A stretch of 64,000 nt of DNA from an archaeon (GTDB lineage: Archaea; Nanobdellota; Nanobdellia; SCGC-AAA011-G17; VGLX01). The position numbers were made by a program, and so were the translations under genes. The notes beneath the pieces are model-generated. The model made no database searches and had not been told where the DNA came from. It saw only the letters and a list, made by a program, of their open reading frames with translations. How positions within the stretch are numbered: the stretch's first letter is position 1; each line of letters opens with the position of its first letter. The stretch lies in assembly GCA_043810595.1 (NCBI GenBank), contig JBDRNX010000031.1, positions 25,443 to 89,442 of the forward strand. The letters run 5' to 3'. Of this stretch, positions 8,039-17,726 are shown one piece after another.

Positions 8039-10255
8039 ATGTTTATGGAACTTAAGAATTTTAAGCCTCGGCTTTATCAGGAGTCGATTTTCAATAGTTG
8101 TAAGAGTAAGAATTGTTTGGTCATCCTCGGTACGGGTCTGGGTAAGACTGCTATTGCTATGATGCTTGCTGCTAACCGTCTCGATCTTTTTCCTAATTCT
8201 AAAATCCTGTTTTTGGCTCCGACAAGGCCTCTTGTTGTTCAGCATTTTGAGACTTTCAAGAAGCATCTGGATATAGATAATGACAAACTTGTTTTTTTCA
8301 CCGGGCAGATTAAGCCTGAGGAGCGTGAAAGGCTTTGGAAGGATGCTACAGTAATTTTTTCCACACCTCAGAGCATCAGTAATGATATTCTGAGCGGCCG
8401 TGTTTCTCTCGAGGATGTTTCTGCTTTGGTTATTGATGAGATCCAGCATTGTGTTGGTGATTATGATTATGTTTGGATTTGTAAGCAGTATGACAAGATC
8501 GCTAAGTTCCCCAGGATTCTTGGCTTGACTGCTTCTCCCGGTAGTGATGTTGATAAGGTTATGGAAGTCTGCAAAAATGCTTTTATCGAGGATATTGAGA
8601 TTCGTACTGAGGAGGATGAGGATGTTAAACCTTACGTCCAGCAGGTAGATGTGGATTATGTGCTTGTTGACCTTCCCGAAGATTTTAAGGTAGTGCAAAA
8701 ATATCTTACAGATGCTTACAAGTCAAAGTTGCAGAAGTTGAAGGATTACGGTTTGGTCACCGCTGTTAGCAATCTCTCTAAGAAGGATTTGTTGTCTATG
8801 CAGAAGGATTTGCAGCGAAGGATTATTTCTGGTGACCGTGATTTCATGATACGTAATGCCGTTTCTGTTCTTGCTGAGGTCATGAAGGTCAATCACGCTT
8901 TGGAGCTTCTAGAAACGCAGGGTATTTCTTCTCTCTTTACTTACATGCGTAATATGTATGAAAGTTCTGCTAAAACCAAGGTTAGGGCTGTTAAGCGTCT
9001 TGTTAAGGACCCCAATTTCAGATCTGCCTATGTGAAAACTCAGATTCTGTTTGAATCTTCTTTGGAACACCCTAAGATGGACGTTCTCAAGTCCTTGATT
9101 TCTTCAGAGGTTTCCAAGAATCCTGATGTTAAGATTATAGTTTTTAATCATTATCGGGATTCTGTAGCTAGGTTGGTTGACACTTTGAATCAGTTGGAGG
9201 GTGTCAAAGCAAAGTTGTTCGTTGGCCAAACAAAGAAGGCTGGTATTGGTCTCTCCCAGAAGGAGCAGATTAAGATTCTTGGTGAGTTTAAGCAGGGCTC
9301 TTACAATGTTGTTTGTATGACTTCTGTTGGGGAGGAAGGTCTTGATATTGTTTCCGTTGATATGGTCGTTTTCTTTGAGCCTGTCCCTTCTGCTATCCGT
9401 TCTATTCAGCGTCGTGGTCGTACAGGCCGTCAGTCTAAAGGCCGTGTTGTTGTTCTCGTTACTAAAAACACTCGTGATGAAGCCTATCGCTGGACGGCCC
9501 ATCATAAGGAGAAGCGTATGCATCGCATAATTGCAACTTTGAAGAATAAGTTGCAGCTTCAGTCTGATAAGCAGCCTACACTTGTTTCTTTTATGGAACA
9601 GAAGGAGCAGTTTAAGGTTATGGTGGATTCTCGTGAGAAATCTTCTAACGTTGTTCGTGAGCTGGTTAATCTTGGCGTTGGCGTTTCTATGCAGAATTTG
9701 CCAGTTGCTGATTATGTTATTTCAAGTAGGGTTGGTATTGAGCTGAAGACTAAGCAGGATTTCATAAATTCTATCATAGATAAGCGTTTGTTGCTCCAGG
9801 TTAGGGCGTTGCGTAACAACTTTGAATCACCCCTTCTGATTATTGAGGGGGAAGAAGATATTTATTCTATCCGCAAGGTTCACCCTAACGCTATTAGGGG
9901 TATGCTTTCCAGCATCGCACTTGATTATAACGTTCCTATAATTTACACAAAGAATCCAAAGGACACTGCTGAGTTGATTTTTACGATTGCTCGTCGTGAG
10001 CAGGAGAACAAGGATAAGGAGTTTCCCCTTAGGCTTGAGCGTAAGCCGTTAACAACAAAGGAGCAACAGGAATACATAATTGAGTCTTTGCCTGGTGTAG
10101 GTCCTTCTCTTGCTAAGTCTTTGTTGGATGAGTTTGGTAGTGTTTCTAAAGTCTTTAATGCTGATAAGGATCATTTGCAGAAAGTTAATAACTTGGGGCC
10201 TAAGAAGGCTGAGGATATTAAGCGTATTGTTGATGAAGGCTATGAGAAATCCTGA
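8039..10255 (+). CDS. hef: Hef-type helicase-nuclease (SF2 helicase + ERCC4/XPF nuclease + HhH2)
   Basis: Walker A GTGLGKT, DEIQH box and helicase C motifs (QRRGRTGR). C-terminal ERCC4 domain (VMVDSREKSS...VADYVIS...LLIIEGEE) and an HhH2 tail (LPGVGPSLAKSLL). Confidence 0.85.
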   Translation: MFMELKNFKPRLYQESIFNSCKSKNCLVILGTGLGKTAIAMMLAANRLDLFPNSKILFLAPTRPLVVQHFETFKKHLDIDNDKLVFFTGQIKPEERERLWKDATVIFSTPQSISNDILSGRVSLEDVSALVIDEIQHCVGDYDYVWICKQYDKIAKFPRILGLTASPGSDVDKVMEVCKNAFIEDIEIRTEEDEDVKPYVQQVDVDYVLVDLPEDFKVVQKYLTDAYKSKLQKLKDYGLVTAVSNLSKKDLLSMQKDLQRRIISGDRDFMIRNAVSVLAEVMKVNHALELLETQGISSLFTYMRNMYESSAKTKVRAVKRLVKDPNFRSAYVKTQILFESSLEHPKMDVLKSLISSEVSKNPDVKIIVFNHYRDSVARLVDTLNQLEGVKAKLFVGQTKKAGIGLSQKEQIKILGEFKQGSYNVVCMTSVGEEGLDIVSVDMVVFFEPVPSAIRSIQRRGRTGRQSKGRVVVLVTKNTRDEAYRWTAHHKEKRMHRIIATLKNKLQLQSDKQPTLVSFMEQKEQFKVMVDSREKSSNVVRELVNLGVGVSMQNLPVADYVISSRVGIELKTKQDFINSIIDKRLLLQVRALRNNFESPLLIIEGEEDIYSIRKVHPNAIRGMLSSIALDYNVPIIYTKNPKDTAELIFTIARREQENKDKEFPLRLERKPLTTKEQQEYIIESLPGVGPSLAKSLLDEFGSVSKVFNADKDHLQKVNNLGPKKAEDIKRIVDEGYEKS

Positions 10256-10574
10256 TAAGCTCGTTTACATTTATGTGGTAGGATTTGTCTTTCATCCTTC
10301 CGTTGCATGTTATTCTTGAATCGGGGTCTTTTATTATTAACATGATTTCATCTGCAGGTTCTATGAGCTCGCGTAGTTCTGCTGCTTCAATTTTTTGTGT
10401 CAGCTTTCCTTTTTCTTTTGCTTCATGTTCTAATGCCCCACATATTTTTGTTATAAGTGTTGGTTCTGCATTTTGTATTACTACCACATTTCTTTTTTCG
10501 GCGTTTTTGAAATAATTTTGAACAATATCCCGTATCAGAAACTCGTAGAAGTCTTTTTCGGTGGTTTTTTTCAT
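10218..10574 (-). CDS. Hypothetical protein
   Basis: 118 aa with A-ending codons typical of host minus-strand genes; convergently overlaps the hef 3' end by 38 nt. Confidence 0.4.
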   Translation of the reverse strand: MKKTTEKDFYEFLIRDIVQNYFKNAEKRNVVVIQNAEPTLITKICGALEHEAKEKGKLTQKIEAAELRELIEPADEIMLIIKDPDSRITCNGRMKDKSYHINVNELIRISHSLHQQYA

Positions 10575-10615
10575 TCCGAAAATTGATAATGGGTTTTGTT
10601 GTCTTTTAAAGATTA

Positions 10616-11137
10616 TTATTCTAGAGAATATATGTCTAGGGTTTCATACATCGGTCCTTCCGGGGCTAAAGTGCTTTTGATGAGTTTGAATTCTTCGACT
10701 TCAAACTTCATCTCTTCCATTTTCATGTTTAGTTTTTCTTTCATTGCTTGTTTGTCTTTTATTGATTTTACTCTTCCCAGTGTTATGTGCGCTTTGAATC
10801 TGTTGTCCCTTGGGAACATTTCCTTTAGTTGTGTGTCTATCTTTGCCTGCAGCTCGTCCAGTCTTCCCTTAAGTCCGACCCATATAACTTTTATGTAGGT
10901 GTGGTTTGGGAAGGCTCCTACCCCTTCAAGGTTTGCTTCGAATTTTTTCATTTTTATTTTTCTCAGTTCTTCTTTGACTTTTTCTGCCTGTTGTTCTGTT
11001 ATCTCACCAAGGAATTTTAGCGTGCAGTGGTATTCTTTTGTAATTGTTATGTTCCCTAGTTTTGAGAATTCTTTTTGCATCTCTTTTATTTTTTCCTTGT
11101 ATTGTTCCGGTATTTCGATGGCTATGAATGTTCTCAT
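10616..11137 (-). CDS. RNA 2',3'-cyclic phosphodiesterase / 2'-5' RNA ligase (LigT/ThpR, 2H family)
   Basis: Two H-x-T/S-x motifs (HCTLKFLG and HITLGRV) in a 173-aa protein. Confidence 0.75.
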   Translation of the reverse strand: MRTFIAIEIPEQYKEKIKEMQKEFSKLGNITITKEYHCTLKFLGEITEQQAEKVKEELRKIKMKKFEANLEGVGAFPNHTYIKVIWVGLKGRLDELQAKIDTQLKEMFPRDNRFKAHITLGRVKSIKDKQAMKEKLNMKMEEMKFEVEEFKLIKSTLAPEGPMYETLDIYSLE

Positions 11138-11898
11138 AAAAGTTCACCTACTATTTTTGCTGCTAGTTTTGTTGTCATCCCGTTAATGTCTTTCTGTGGG
11201 TTAACTTCTACTAGGTCCACTCTCCTTAAATTTTTTAGCATTTTCAATCTTTGTATGAAATAGATTAAGTCCCTGGCCTGCATTCCCGCAGGTTCTATGT
11301 AGCCTGTGCCTGGTGCTTGTGACGGGTCTACAACGTCTATGTCTATTGATATGTATAGGGCGTCAAAAAGTCTTGCTATCTCCATCATCGTGTCGCATGT
11401 TTCTTCTATGTTATCTCTTAATTCTTTCATGGTGTAGCACTTGATTCTCTTTTCTGTTATGTATTGTTGTTCTTTTTTGTCCATGCTTCTTATTCCTACC
11501 AGGATTAGGTTCTCCTTTTTCAGGGTTCCTTCCTCTACCAGCACCCTTATGAAGTCTTCGTGGCTTGGCGGTATAAAATTATTCTCACAGTCCGGGTGTG
11601 CATCGAACACTATAAGCCCGGCATTTTTAGTTTTTTGCACTACCTTCTTGAACAGCGGATAAGTGATTGAGTGGTCTCCTCCTATGAATAGGTCGCCTTC
11701 TTTCTCTAATATTCTTTCATTGGTTTCTTCTATGTTGCTCTTGTTGACTTCAACTTGATCGACTTCATAGAATAAAGTTTTTCCTTGTTCGTTTACAGAA
11801 AGCTTCTTCAGCTCTTCTATTATTACATCTGGTGCTTTTTCTGTTCCAAGGTTCTTTCCCAGGCTTCCCTGTGATGTTCCCACTTTTACTATTTTCAT
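11134..11898 (-). CDS. Arginase/agmatinase-family ureohydrolase
   Basis: GGDHSITYPL, DAHPD and SIDIDVVDP Mn-binding motifs. Confidence 0.8.
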   Translation of the reverse strand: MKIVKVGTSQGSLGKNLGTEKAPDVIIEELKKLSVNEQGKTLFYEVDQVEVNKSNIEETNERILEKEGDLFIGGDHSITYPLFKKVVQKTKNAGLIVFDAHPDCENNFIPPSHEDFIRVLVEEGTLKKENLILVGIRSMDKKEQQYITEKRIKCYTMKELRDNIEETCDTMMEIARLFDALYISIDIDVVDPSQAPGTGYIEPAGMQARDLIYFIQRLKMLKNLRRVDLVEVNPQKDINGMTTKLAAKIVGELL

Positions 11899-11913
11899 GT
11901 GTTTATTGACTTA

Positions 11914-11937
11914 GAATTTGTCTTTTAAAGCTTACGC
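11914..11937 (-). promoter_or_regulatory. BRE/TATA-like element (reverse strand AAGCTTTAAAAGACA) about 25 bp upstream of the agmatinase start; near-identical copy at 13215-13238
   Basis: gaatttgtcttttaaagcttacgc differs from gaatgtctttttaaagcttacgcc at 13215-13238 only by 1-2 indels or substitutions. Both copies overlap the GCG-TAA end of the upstream ORF. Confidence 0.5.
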
Positions 11938-13197
11938 TCTTATGATATTTTCGCTTATTACTGGTTTATATAAAACAATTTTTCCTTTTCTTTCTTTATA
12001 GATCAAATTGTTTTGTAGGAGTATATTCAAATGGGGCGCAGGGCATACACCAATGAGTCCGTCTAAATCCCTCGGCCTTATCCCGAGAGGATGGGATTGT
12101 ATTATGTTATAGACTTGTTCACATCGTTGATGTAGACTTTTTCCTTTAAATCGGGGGAGTACCTTTTTGTATAAACAAATCGCTCTGGACGAGTCTATTA
12201 CGAGCCTCCCATAATCCTTATTATACTCATTTAAAATTTGTCTCATTAGTCTTAATTCAGGATTATCGTAACTCCTCAAAGCATTAATAACTTTTTTACA
12301 GTAATCATTATAAAATTCTCGCCCTTCAACAGTTATCTCAGCATTGGATAAGATGTAAGAGCCCTTAAACTTTATCACTTCTAAAATGTCTTGTTTTACA
12401 AGACCGGAAAAGATATTGGTGATATCACTCAAATGTTTATGATCCAAGACCTCGGATGTTCTGTTGCATTCGAGAACTATTCGAGGGTTATCAAGTATTA
12501 AATTTTTAACGGCCTCGGTTAACGCTTTGTATCGTGAAACTTGTTTTGTATCACTTAAGTTTTTGCCAGTCCATTTGTATTCACTCCATCCTTTTTGTTC
12601 TGTAGAGGTGGATTCATAATTTATAAAGCGGAGGTCTCTTAGTTCTTCCAAATGTTCTTTAACACAAACCCCGGCTAGTTTTAAAAGTTCAGCTAGGTCT
12701 GTACGTCTCATAGGTGTATCGGACAACATATCAAGGATCATAACTTTATTGTAAGGAGATCTACTTTCACCTCCTGACTGAGTCACCCCTAGGAGTGATA
12801 AAAACGATAGGTTATACTCATTAGCCTTTTTTAATGTAAATGCAGCGATTGGTTTCCCAAAATGTTCCCCTGCATCGCTTATTGACCAGGCTTGTACCCA
12901 CTTTGAAAAATTATTGTACAATAGTTTTTCCTCGCACACCATACCTATCGGAACAAATGTCTTTTTACAGTAACCTCCATGAGAGCCAGATTTGATACTA
13001 AATTGGTAAGAGGTAACCTCATCGAATTCCTTTTTGAGTTGGTACCCTGTTTTTGGGTTTTCGTCAAGTAAAATTAAGTCTGTTTGTTTTGATTCTGAAT
13101 TTACACAAGATAAGATAGATGTTAATCTAGAATCTAAAAAGGATGGAAATTCTCTTTGTCTTACAATTTTTCTATCTTTTATTTTATATCTTCTCAT
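11932..13197 (-). CDS. Hypothetical protein with wHTH-like segments; atypical codon usage (putatively horizontally acquired)
   Basis: 421 aa with a wHTH-like stretch (MRRTDLAELLKLAGVCVKEHLEELRDLRF). Mixed G/C-ending codons (gcg, gag, gcc, ctc, tcc) unlike the A-ending host minus-strand genes. Confidence 0.5.
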   Translation of the reverse strand: MRRYKIKDRKIVRQREFPSFLDSRLTSILSCVNSESKQTDLILLDENPKTGYQLKKEFDEVTSYQFSIKSGSHGGYCKKTFVPIGMVCEEKLLYNNFSKWVQAWSISDAGEHFGKPIAAFTLKKANEYNLSFLSLLGVTQSGGESRSPYNKVMILDMLSDTPMRRTDLAELLKLAGVCVKEHLEELRDLRFINYESTSTEQKGWSEYKWTGKNLSDTKQVSRYKALTEAVKNLILDNPRIVLECNRTSEVLDHKHLSDITNIFSGLVKQDILEVIKFKGSYILSNAEITVEGREFYNDYCKKVINALRSYDNPELRLMRQILNEYNKDYGRLVIDSSRAICLYKKVLPRFKGKSLHQRCEQVYNIIQSHPLGIRPRDLDGLIGVCPAPHLNILLQNNLIYKERKGKIVLYKPVISENIIRA

Positions 13198-13214
13198 AAG
13201 TCTCTAATGCTCAA

Positions 13215-13238
13215 GAATGTCTTTTTAAAGCTTACGCC
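13215..13238 (-). promoter_or_regulatory. Second copy of the ~24-bp BRE/TATA-like element, upstream of ORF 11932-13197
   Basis: Near-identical to 11914-11937 and in the same position relative to the stop codon of the preceding ORF. Confidence 0.5.
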
Positions 13239-14398
13239 TTGAATATTTTTGGCAGCCTTGGTGCTTTTTGCCCCTGATACGATCCCCTGTAGGGGTTTTC
13301 TATCCCCCCACATAGCTCTTCCAGTTCTACCTTCCCGCAGTACTGTCCGTCTTGTATCCTCCAAGGCCTGAACGACCAGAACTCCAGGGTTATTTCTCCG
13401 TTAAATCCTGGGTCAAAAAATCCTGCAAAGTGCGATAATAATCCTACCCCCAATCCGGTTGCTTCTCTAGATAATCTGCCGCAGAGGTTGCCTAGTTTTA
13501 CTCTCTCTTTTGTTCCCAGCAAGTATAATCTGTCCTTTTCCATGAACAGCTCTTCATTCCCTTCTATCTCGTCGAAATAGTCTTCAGGTTTATAGAAATC
13601 CGTTTTTGTTAGGTCCAGTGGTTTTGATGCCCCTCTTTTGTGTGCGTAAACTTTTTCTGTGCTCAGTGTTAATTTAAGGCAGTCTTGTTCAAGTATTTTT
13701 TCTAGTCTTAGGAGCTTGTTGTCTTGGTACACGCTGACCAATTCACTTCCGTAGTGTGCTTTTATCTGCCCTCTGGTTAGGTGAGATGAATCTCTTTCTC
13801 TAAGTCTCATCTGGAACAGTCTTGTCTGTGCTGGTTTGAGCAGTATTGGAAATGCGAAAGGTTCTACTACGAAATAGAAGTGGTCTGGTTCTCTTGTTGG
13901 CACCCCTGGTTCAAGCACTCCGAATTTTTCTGAGAAAGCATGGCACATGCACCCTACTCTTCCTGTCGTGCTTTTTGCATCTGTTTCTCCTTCGAAAAGT
14001 TCAGGTAGCCTTACTTTCTCATGGCTCTTTACAACATAAATGTAACTGGGGTTGCAAACATAACCCTCTTCAGGGATTCTTATTTTGTTTATCGCATGCC
14101 TGTGTAGTGCTAGCAGGTTGAATCTTGTGAATCCAGCATTCAGCACATAAAGTTCATTTCCCACTCTGAGTTCTATGGATGAGGGTTGTATCTGGTCTGG
14201 CTCAGGCTCTGGGTCCATTACAAACCCTTTGCTCGTTACTAGTCTATGTGTGGTGCGGTCTTCTGCTATTAAGCCTTGTCTTACAGAATTGCGGTAAGGT
14301 GGCTCTGTATGAAGGTCAGGTAAAAATGTATTGATTAGGTAGTCCATGTTGCGGTATTTCAGCAATTCCTTTATTTTTTGGTCTGTTAAAGCACCCAT
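13232..14398 (-). CDS. Tandem dCTP deaminase/dUTPase-fold protein (DCD-like); atypical codon usage
   Basis: Both halves carry Dcd-like motifs: IQPSSIELRVG and TTGRVGCMC in the N-terminal half, GFFDPGFNGEITLE in the C-terminal half. G/C-ending codons are unlike the host. Confidence 0.55.
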   Translation of the reverse strand: MGALTDQKIKELLKYRNMDYLINTFLPDLHTEPPYRNSVRQGLIAEDRTTHRLVTSKGFVMDPEPEPDQIQPSSIELRVGNELYVLNAGFTRFNLLALHRHAINKIRIPEEGYVCNPSYIYVVKSHEKVRLPELFEGETDAKSTTGRVGCMCHAFSEKFGVLEPGVPTREPDHFYFVVEPFAFPILLKPAQTRLFQMRLRERDSSHLTRGQIKAHYGSELVSVYQDNKLLRLEKILEQDCLKLTLSTEKVYAHKRGASKPLDLTKTDFYKPEDYFDEIEGNEELFMEKDRLYLLGTKERVKLGNLCGRLSREATGLGVGLLSHFAGFFDPGFNGEITLEFWSFRPWRIQDGQYCGKVELEELCGGIENPYRGSYQGQKAPRLPKIFKA

Positions 14399-14458
14399 AG
14401 AATCCCTTTTGATTATGTAGTTATTTATACTTTTGTGAATTGAAAAATATATTAAGAA

Positions 14459-15529
14459 TTATCTTGTGATTTCAAAGGAGCTTACTTCTTCTAGTAGTTT
14501 TTTTGCTTTTGCGTTTGTTTTGAAGTGTTTTCTCACGGGTTCTATTAGCTTGTTGACGTGTATCGCTGCGGCTTCCTTCAAGTCTAAGGGGTGTATCTCT
14601 CCATTTGAGTAGAGCTTTGTCAGTTCCTTGTAATCAGCCACTGTTAGAGGTCCTTGTTTTTTTCTCTCTATTTTTATTTCTTTGAATTTCTCGAAGAGTA
14701 TGTAATTGTAGTATTCCATTATTGGGTTTTCATGAGTTTCTTTTTCCGGGCAGTATGCTTTCATGATCTTCCTTTTTACCTCTTCTTCCGTGTCTGTCAT
14801 GAATATTGCTGTGTCCGGCTTGCTTTTGCTCATCTTCATTTCTATGGCTTTCTCAACTGTGTCTTTTTCGCTTGTTTCGACTTTTTGCAGTCCTGCTAGC
14901 ATGTGGTGGCTTATTATTACTGGTTTCCACCATCCTAACTTTGGTCCTATCTCTCTTGCCAGGACGTTTACTTTTCTCTGGTCCATTCCCAGCTGTGTTA
15001 TGTCTGCTTCCAGTTGGAATATGTCTGCGCACTGCATGCACGGGTAGAGTATTTGTGATGCTTGCATTACCTCTTCTTCTTTTCTTCCCATTATCTGTCC
15101 GCATCTTATTATCCTGTTTAGTGTTGAGTTCCTTGCTATCTGCATGACTTTTTTCCAGTAGTCTTGTTCTTTAACAAGGTCGTTTGCCCAGATGAATTCT
15201 ACTTTGTCCAGGTCCATCCCTGCGGTTTTCCAGACTTCTATGAGGTATTTGCCTACTGTTTGTATTTTGTTCAGGTCACCGCCCATTTTATTGTTTGCCC
15301 AAGCGTGCCAGTCTGCTACCAGCATCTTGAATTTTACGCCTGTTTTTGTCATCTTGTTGACGTTGATTGCTCTCATGATTCCTTGTGCTATGTGTACTTT
15401 TCCAGAAGGTTCGAATCCGTCATAGGCTATTGGGTGGGCTTTTTTGTTTAGAAGTTCTCTGAGTTCTTCTTCTGTGATTATCTCTTCGCCCACTTGTCTT
15501 ATCAAATCAAGTCTTGCCTCTGTGTTCAT
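14459..15529 (-). CDS. tyrS: Tyrosyl-tRNA synthetase (archaeal type)
   Basis: YDGFEPSGKVHIAQG (HIGH region) and KMSKSKPD (KMSKS motif). Confidence 0.9.
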   Translation of the reverse strand: MNTEARLDLIRQVGEEIITEEELRELLNKKAHPIAYDGFEPSGKVHIAQGIMRAINVNKMTKTGVKFKMLVADWHAWANNKMGGDLNKIQTVGKYLIEVWKTAGMDLDKVEFIWANDLVKEQDYWKKVMQIARNSTLNRIIRCGQIMGRKEEEVMQASQILYPCMQCADIFQLEADITQLGMDQRKVNVLAREIGPKLGWWKPVIISHHMLAGLQKVETSEKDTVEKAIEMKMSKSKPDTAIFMTDTEEEVKRKIMKAYCPEKETHENPIMEYYNYILFEKFKEIKIERKKQGPLTVADYKELTKLYSNGEIHPLDLKEAAAIHVNKLIEPVRKHFKTNAKAKKLLEEVSSFEITR

Positions 15530-15582
15530 GTTAAGTTTTTATTAGAATTAATATTATAAAACTTTCTGTTCGGGTTAACTTA

Positions 15583-16107
15583 TTATTCTTGTAAGCTTAT
15601 CTCAAATATGTCTTCTATCTCCTCTTTCTGTGTTTCAAGGATATTCTTGTCTGATTTGTTGCATGCGCAGTTGCATGTCTTTTCAAGGTCTTTCTCAAAA
15701 TACAGCACGCCCCTGTTCCAGTTTAGCGGGTATATCCTGCATATTGTCGGTATAACCCGCCTGGGCAGGTTTTTTTCAGTTACCAGTTTGTATAGAGCGC
15801 ATCCTTTTCCTTTTGGAAGGTGGAATATGCATTGTCCTGTTTTGTTTTCATTGCTTTCAACTGAGTTTCCGCCAAGGTAGTCTGGGTCCCCAGACCATTT
15901 TCCTTTGAAGAATTTTTTGGGGGTTATTGCAAGTGTTTTTCCTATACTGCCTTTATGTTTTATTATAAGGTCGTGTGATTCTTTGTCAATATCGCACCCC
16001 CCGATGCAGCAGGCATCATCACACGGTGTTCCATAGCACGTCCTTTCATCAAATCCTTTGCAGGTGTTTACTTCTTTTGCTACTTTTGTTATTCTAATCT
16101 TATCCAT
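15583..16107 (-). CDS. Cysteine-rich putative zinc/iron-chelating protein (YkgJ/UPF0153-like)
   Basis: CxxC-rich clusters: CYGTPCDDACCIGGCDID, CNCACNK. Confidence 0.45.
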   Translation of the reverse strand: MDKIRITKVAKEVNTCKGFDERTCYGTPCDDACCIGGCDIDKESHDLIIKHKGSIGKTLAITPKKFFKGKWSGDPDYLGGNSVESNENKTGQCIFHLPKGKGCALYKLVTEKNLPRRVIPTICRIYPLNWNRGVLYFEKDLEKTCNCACNKSDKNILETQKEEIEDIFEISLQE

Positions 16108-16218
16108 CCTTTATTTTTTATACGCCAGTGTTTAATAATTTTACTTTAGTCCTTTTTTCCGTAAATCTTCCGTAATTTTCTTAGCCATGTTTATTAAGAA
16201 ATTTCTAAAAGCCATTTT

Positions 16219-17421
16219 ATGCTTGCCTCTATAATTATTGCAATATTGGTTGGTTGTTTCTTAGGCATATTTACAGGCCTCTGTCCCGGCGTTCATATCA
16301 ACCTGGTTGCTGTTCTCCTCCTCACCTATTCTGCTCTCTTCCTTAGTTATGTTTCTCCTTTGTTTCTTGCCGTTGTTATTGCTTCGATGTCCATCACCCA
16401 TACTTTTCTAGATACTATTCCTAGTATTTTTCTTGGCGCTCCTGATTCTGATACTGTTCTTTCTGTTCTTCCTGGCCACAGGATGCTTATCAAGGGCCGT
16501 GGATATGAGGCTGTGATGCTCACTGTCATCGGTTCCCTGGGTGCGCTCGTTATCGTAGTTGCTCTTACTCCTGTAGTCATCCTTGCGGTTTCTAAGGGTT
16601 ATCCCTTGATTAAGCCTTTCATAGGTTTTATTCTTGTTTTTTCTTCTGCTTTTCTTGTCTGGCGTGAGAAAAAGGCTAGGTATTGGGCTTTGGTTCTTTT
16701 CCTAGTTTCGGGTGCTCTGGGCATTTTTGTTCTCAACATTCTTGATTTGAAGGATCCTTTGTTTCCCATGTTGTCAGGTTTATTCGGTACCTCGATGCTT
16801 GTTGTTAGTGTTAGGGAAAACACGAAGATTCCTAAGCAGAAGCATAAGAGTATTACAATTTCCAAGAAATGTTTTTGGCAGGCTTTGTTTTCTTCTGTTT
16901 TTTCTTCTTCTCTCTGTTCTTTTCTTCCTGCTCTCGGCCCTACCCAAGCTGCTATTATCGGTTCTCAGTTTTGTAAAAAGTTAGGTGATAAGGGTTTTCT
17001 TGTTCTTGTCGGAGGTATCAGCACGGTTAACATGGTTTTGAGTTTTGTTTCTCTGTACGTTATTGGTAAGGCCAGGAACGGTTCTATAGTTACTATGTCT
17101 GAGATTCTTAAGAATTTTAATTTTGATTTGATGGTCCTTTTTATTGGTGTTTCTCTTTTGGCTGCTTGTGTTGCTACTTTTCTTGCGGTTTTCTTTACTT
17201 CCAGGTTTTCTGTTTGGATTTGCAGGGTTAACTATAAGGCTTTGTGCATTTCCATAATAATTTTTATTGTTTTTCTTGTTTTTCTTCTCTCGGGTTTTGT
17301 GGGTTTTCTTGTTTTGTGTGGTGCTACTTTTGTTGGTTTATTCCCTGCTTATCTTGGTATCGGTAGAAATCACATGATGGGTTGTTTGATCTTGCCCGTT
17401 ATTTTTTATTTCTTTTTATAA
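16219..17421 (+). CDS. Polytopic membrane protein (possible TctA/DUF112-like transporter component)
   Basis: 400 aa with at least 10 TM segments in two halves; G/P-containing loops (CPGVHINL, LPALGPTQAAIIG). Confidence 0.4.
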   Translation: MLASIIIAILVGCFLGIFTGLCPGVHINLVAVLLLTYSALFLSYVSPLFLAVVIASMSITHTFLDTIPSIFLGAPDSDTVLSVLPGHRMLIKGRGYEAVMLTVIGSLGALVIVVALTPVVILAVSKGYPLIKPFIGFILVFSSAFLVWREKKARYWALVLFLVSGALGIFVLNILDLKDPLFPMLSGLFGTSMLVVSVRENTKIPKQKHKSITISKKCFWQALFSSVFSSSLCSFLPALGPTQAAIIGSQFCKKLGDKGFLVLVGGISTVNMVLSFVSLYVIGKARNGSIVTMSEILKNFNFDLMVLFIGVSLLAACVATFLAVFFTSRFSVWICRVNYKALCISIIIFIVFLVFLLSGFVGFLVLCGATFVGLFPAYLGIGRNHMMGCLILPVIFYFFL

Positions 17422-17459
17422 CCATAATCTTTTTATACCCTATTGGAGGTGTTAACCGC

Positions 17460-17720
17460 ATGACTGGGAAGCATAGGGATTTTGTCTTTAAACCTGCAAG
17501 GTCTTATCCTGTTGGCACGCATTTGAAGCTTGAAAAAATTATCAAAGAGGGACAGTCTGAATCGATAATTCGTGTTAGGGCTAAGATGGGTTATGTGAAT
17601 GATGTTTACATACTTCATGCCAGCGAGCCTAAAAAATATATTGGCAAGAATCTTGTAATAAAGAAAGTTGTACCTGATTTCATGCGCAACACCTATTATC
17701 TTCAGCCAAGTATAGTGTAG
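17460..17720 (+). CDS. Small hypothetical protein
   Basis: Internal ATG at 17460 (MTGKHRD...) avoids overlap with the preceding membrane gene. Confidence 0.25.
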   Translation: MTGKHRDFVFKPARSYPVGTHLKLEKIIKEGQSESIIRVRAKMGYVNDVYILHASEPKKYIGKNLVIKKVVPDFMRNTYYLQPSIV

Positions 17721-17726
17721 TACGAA

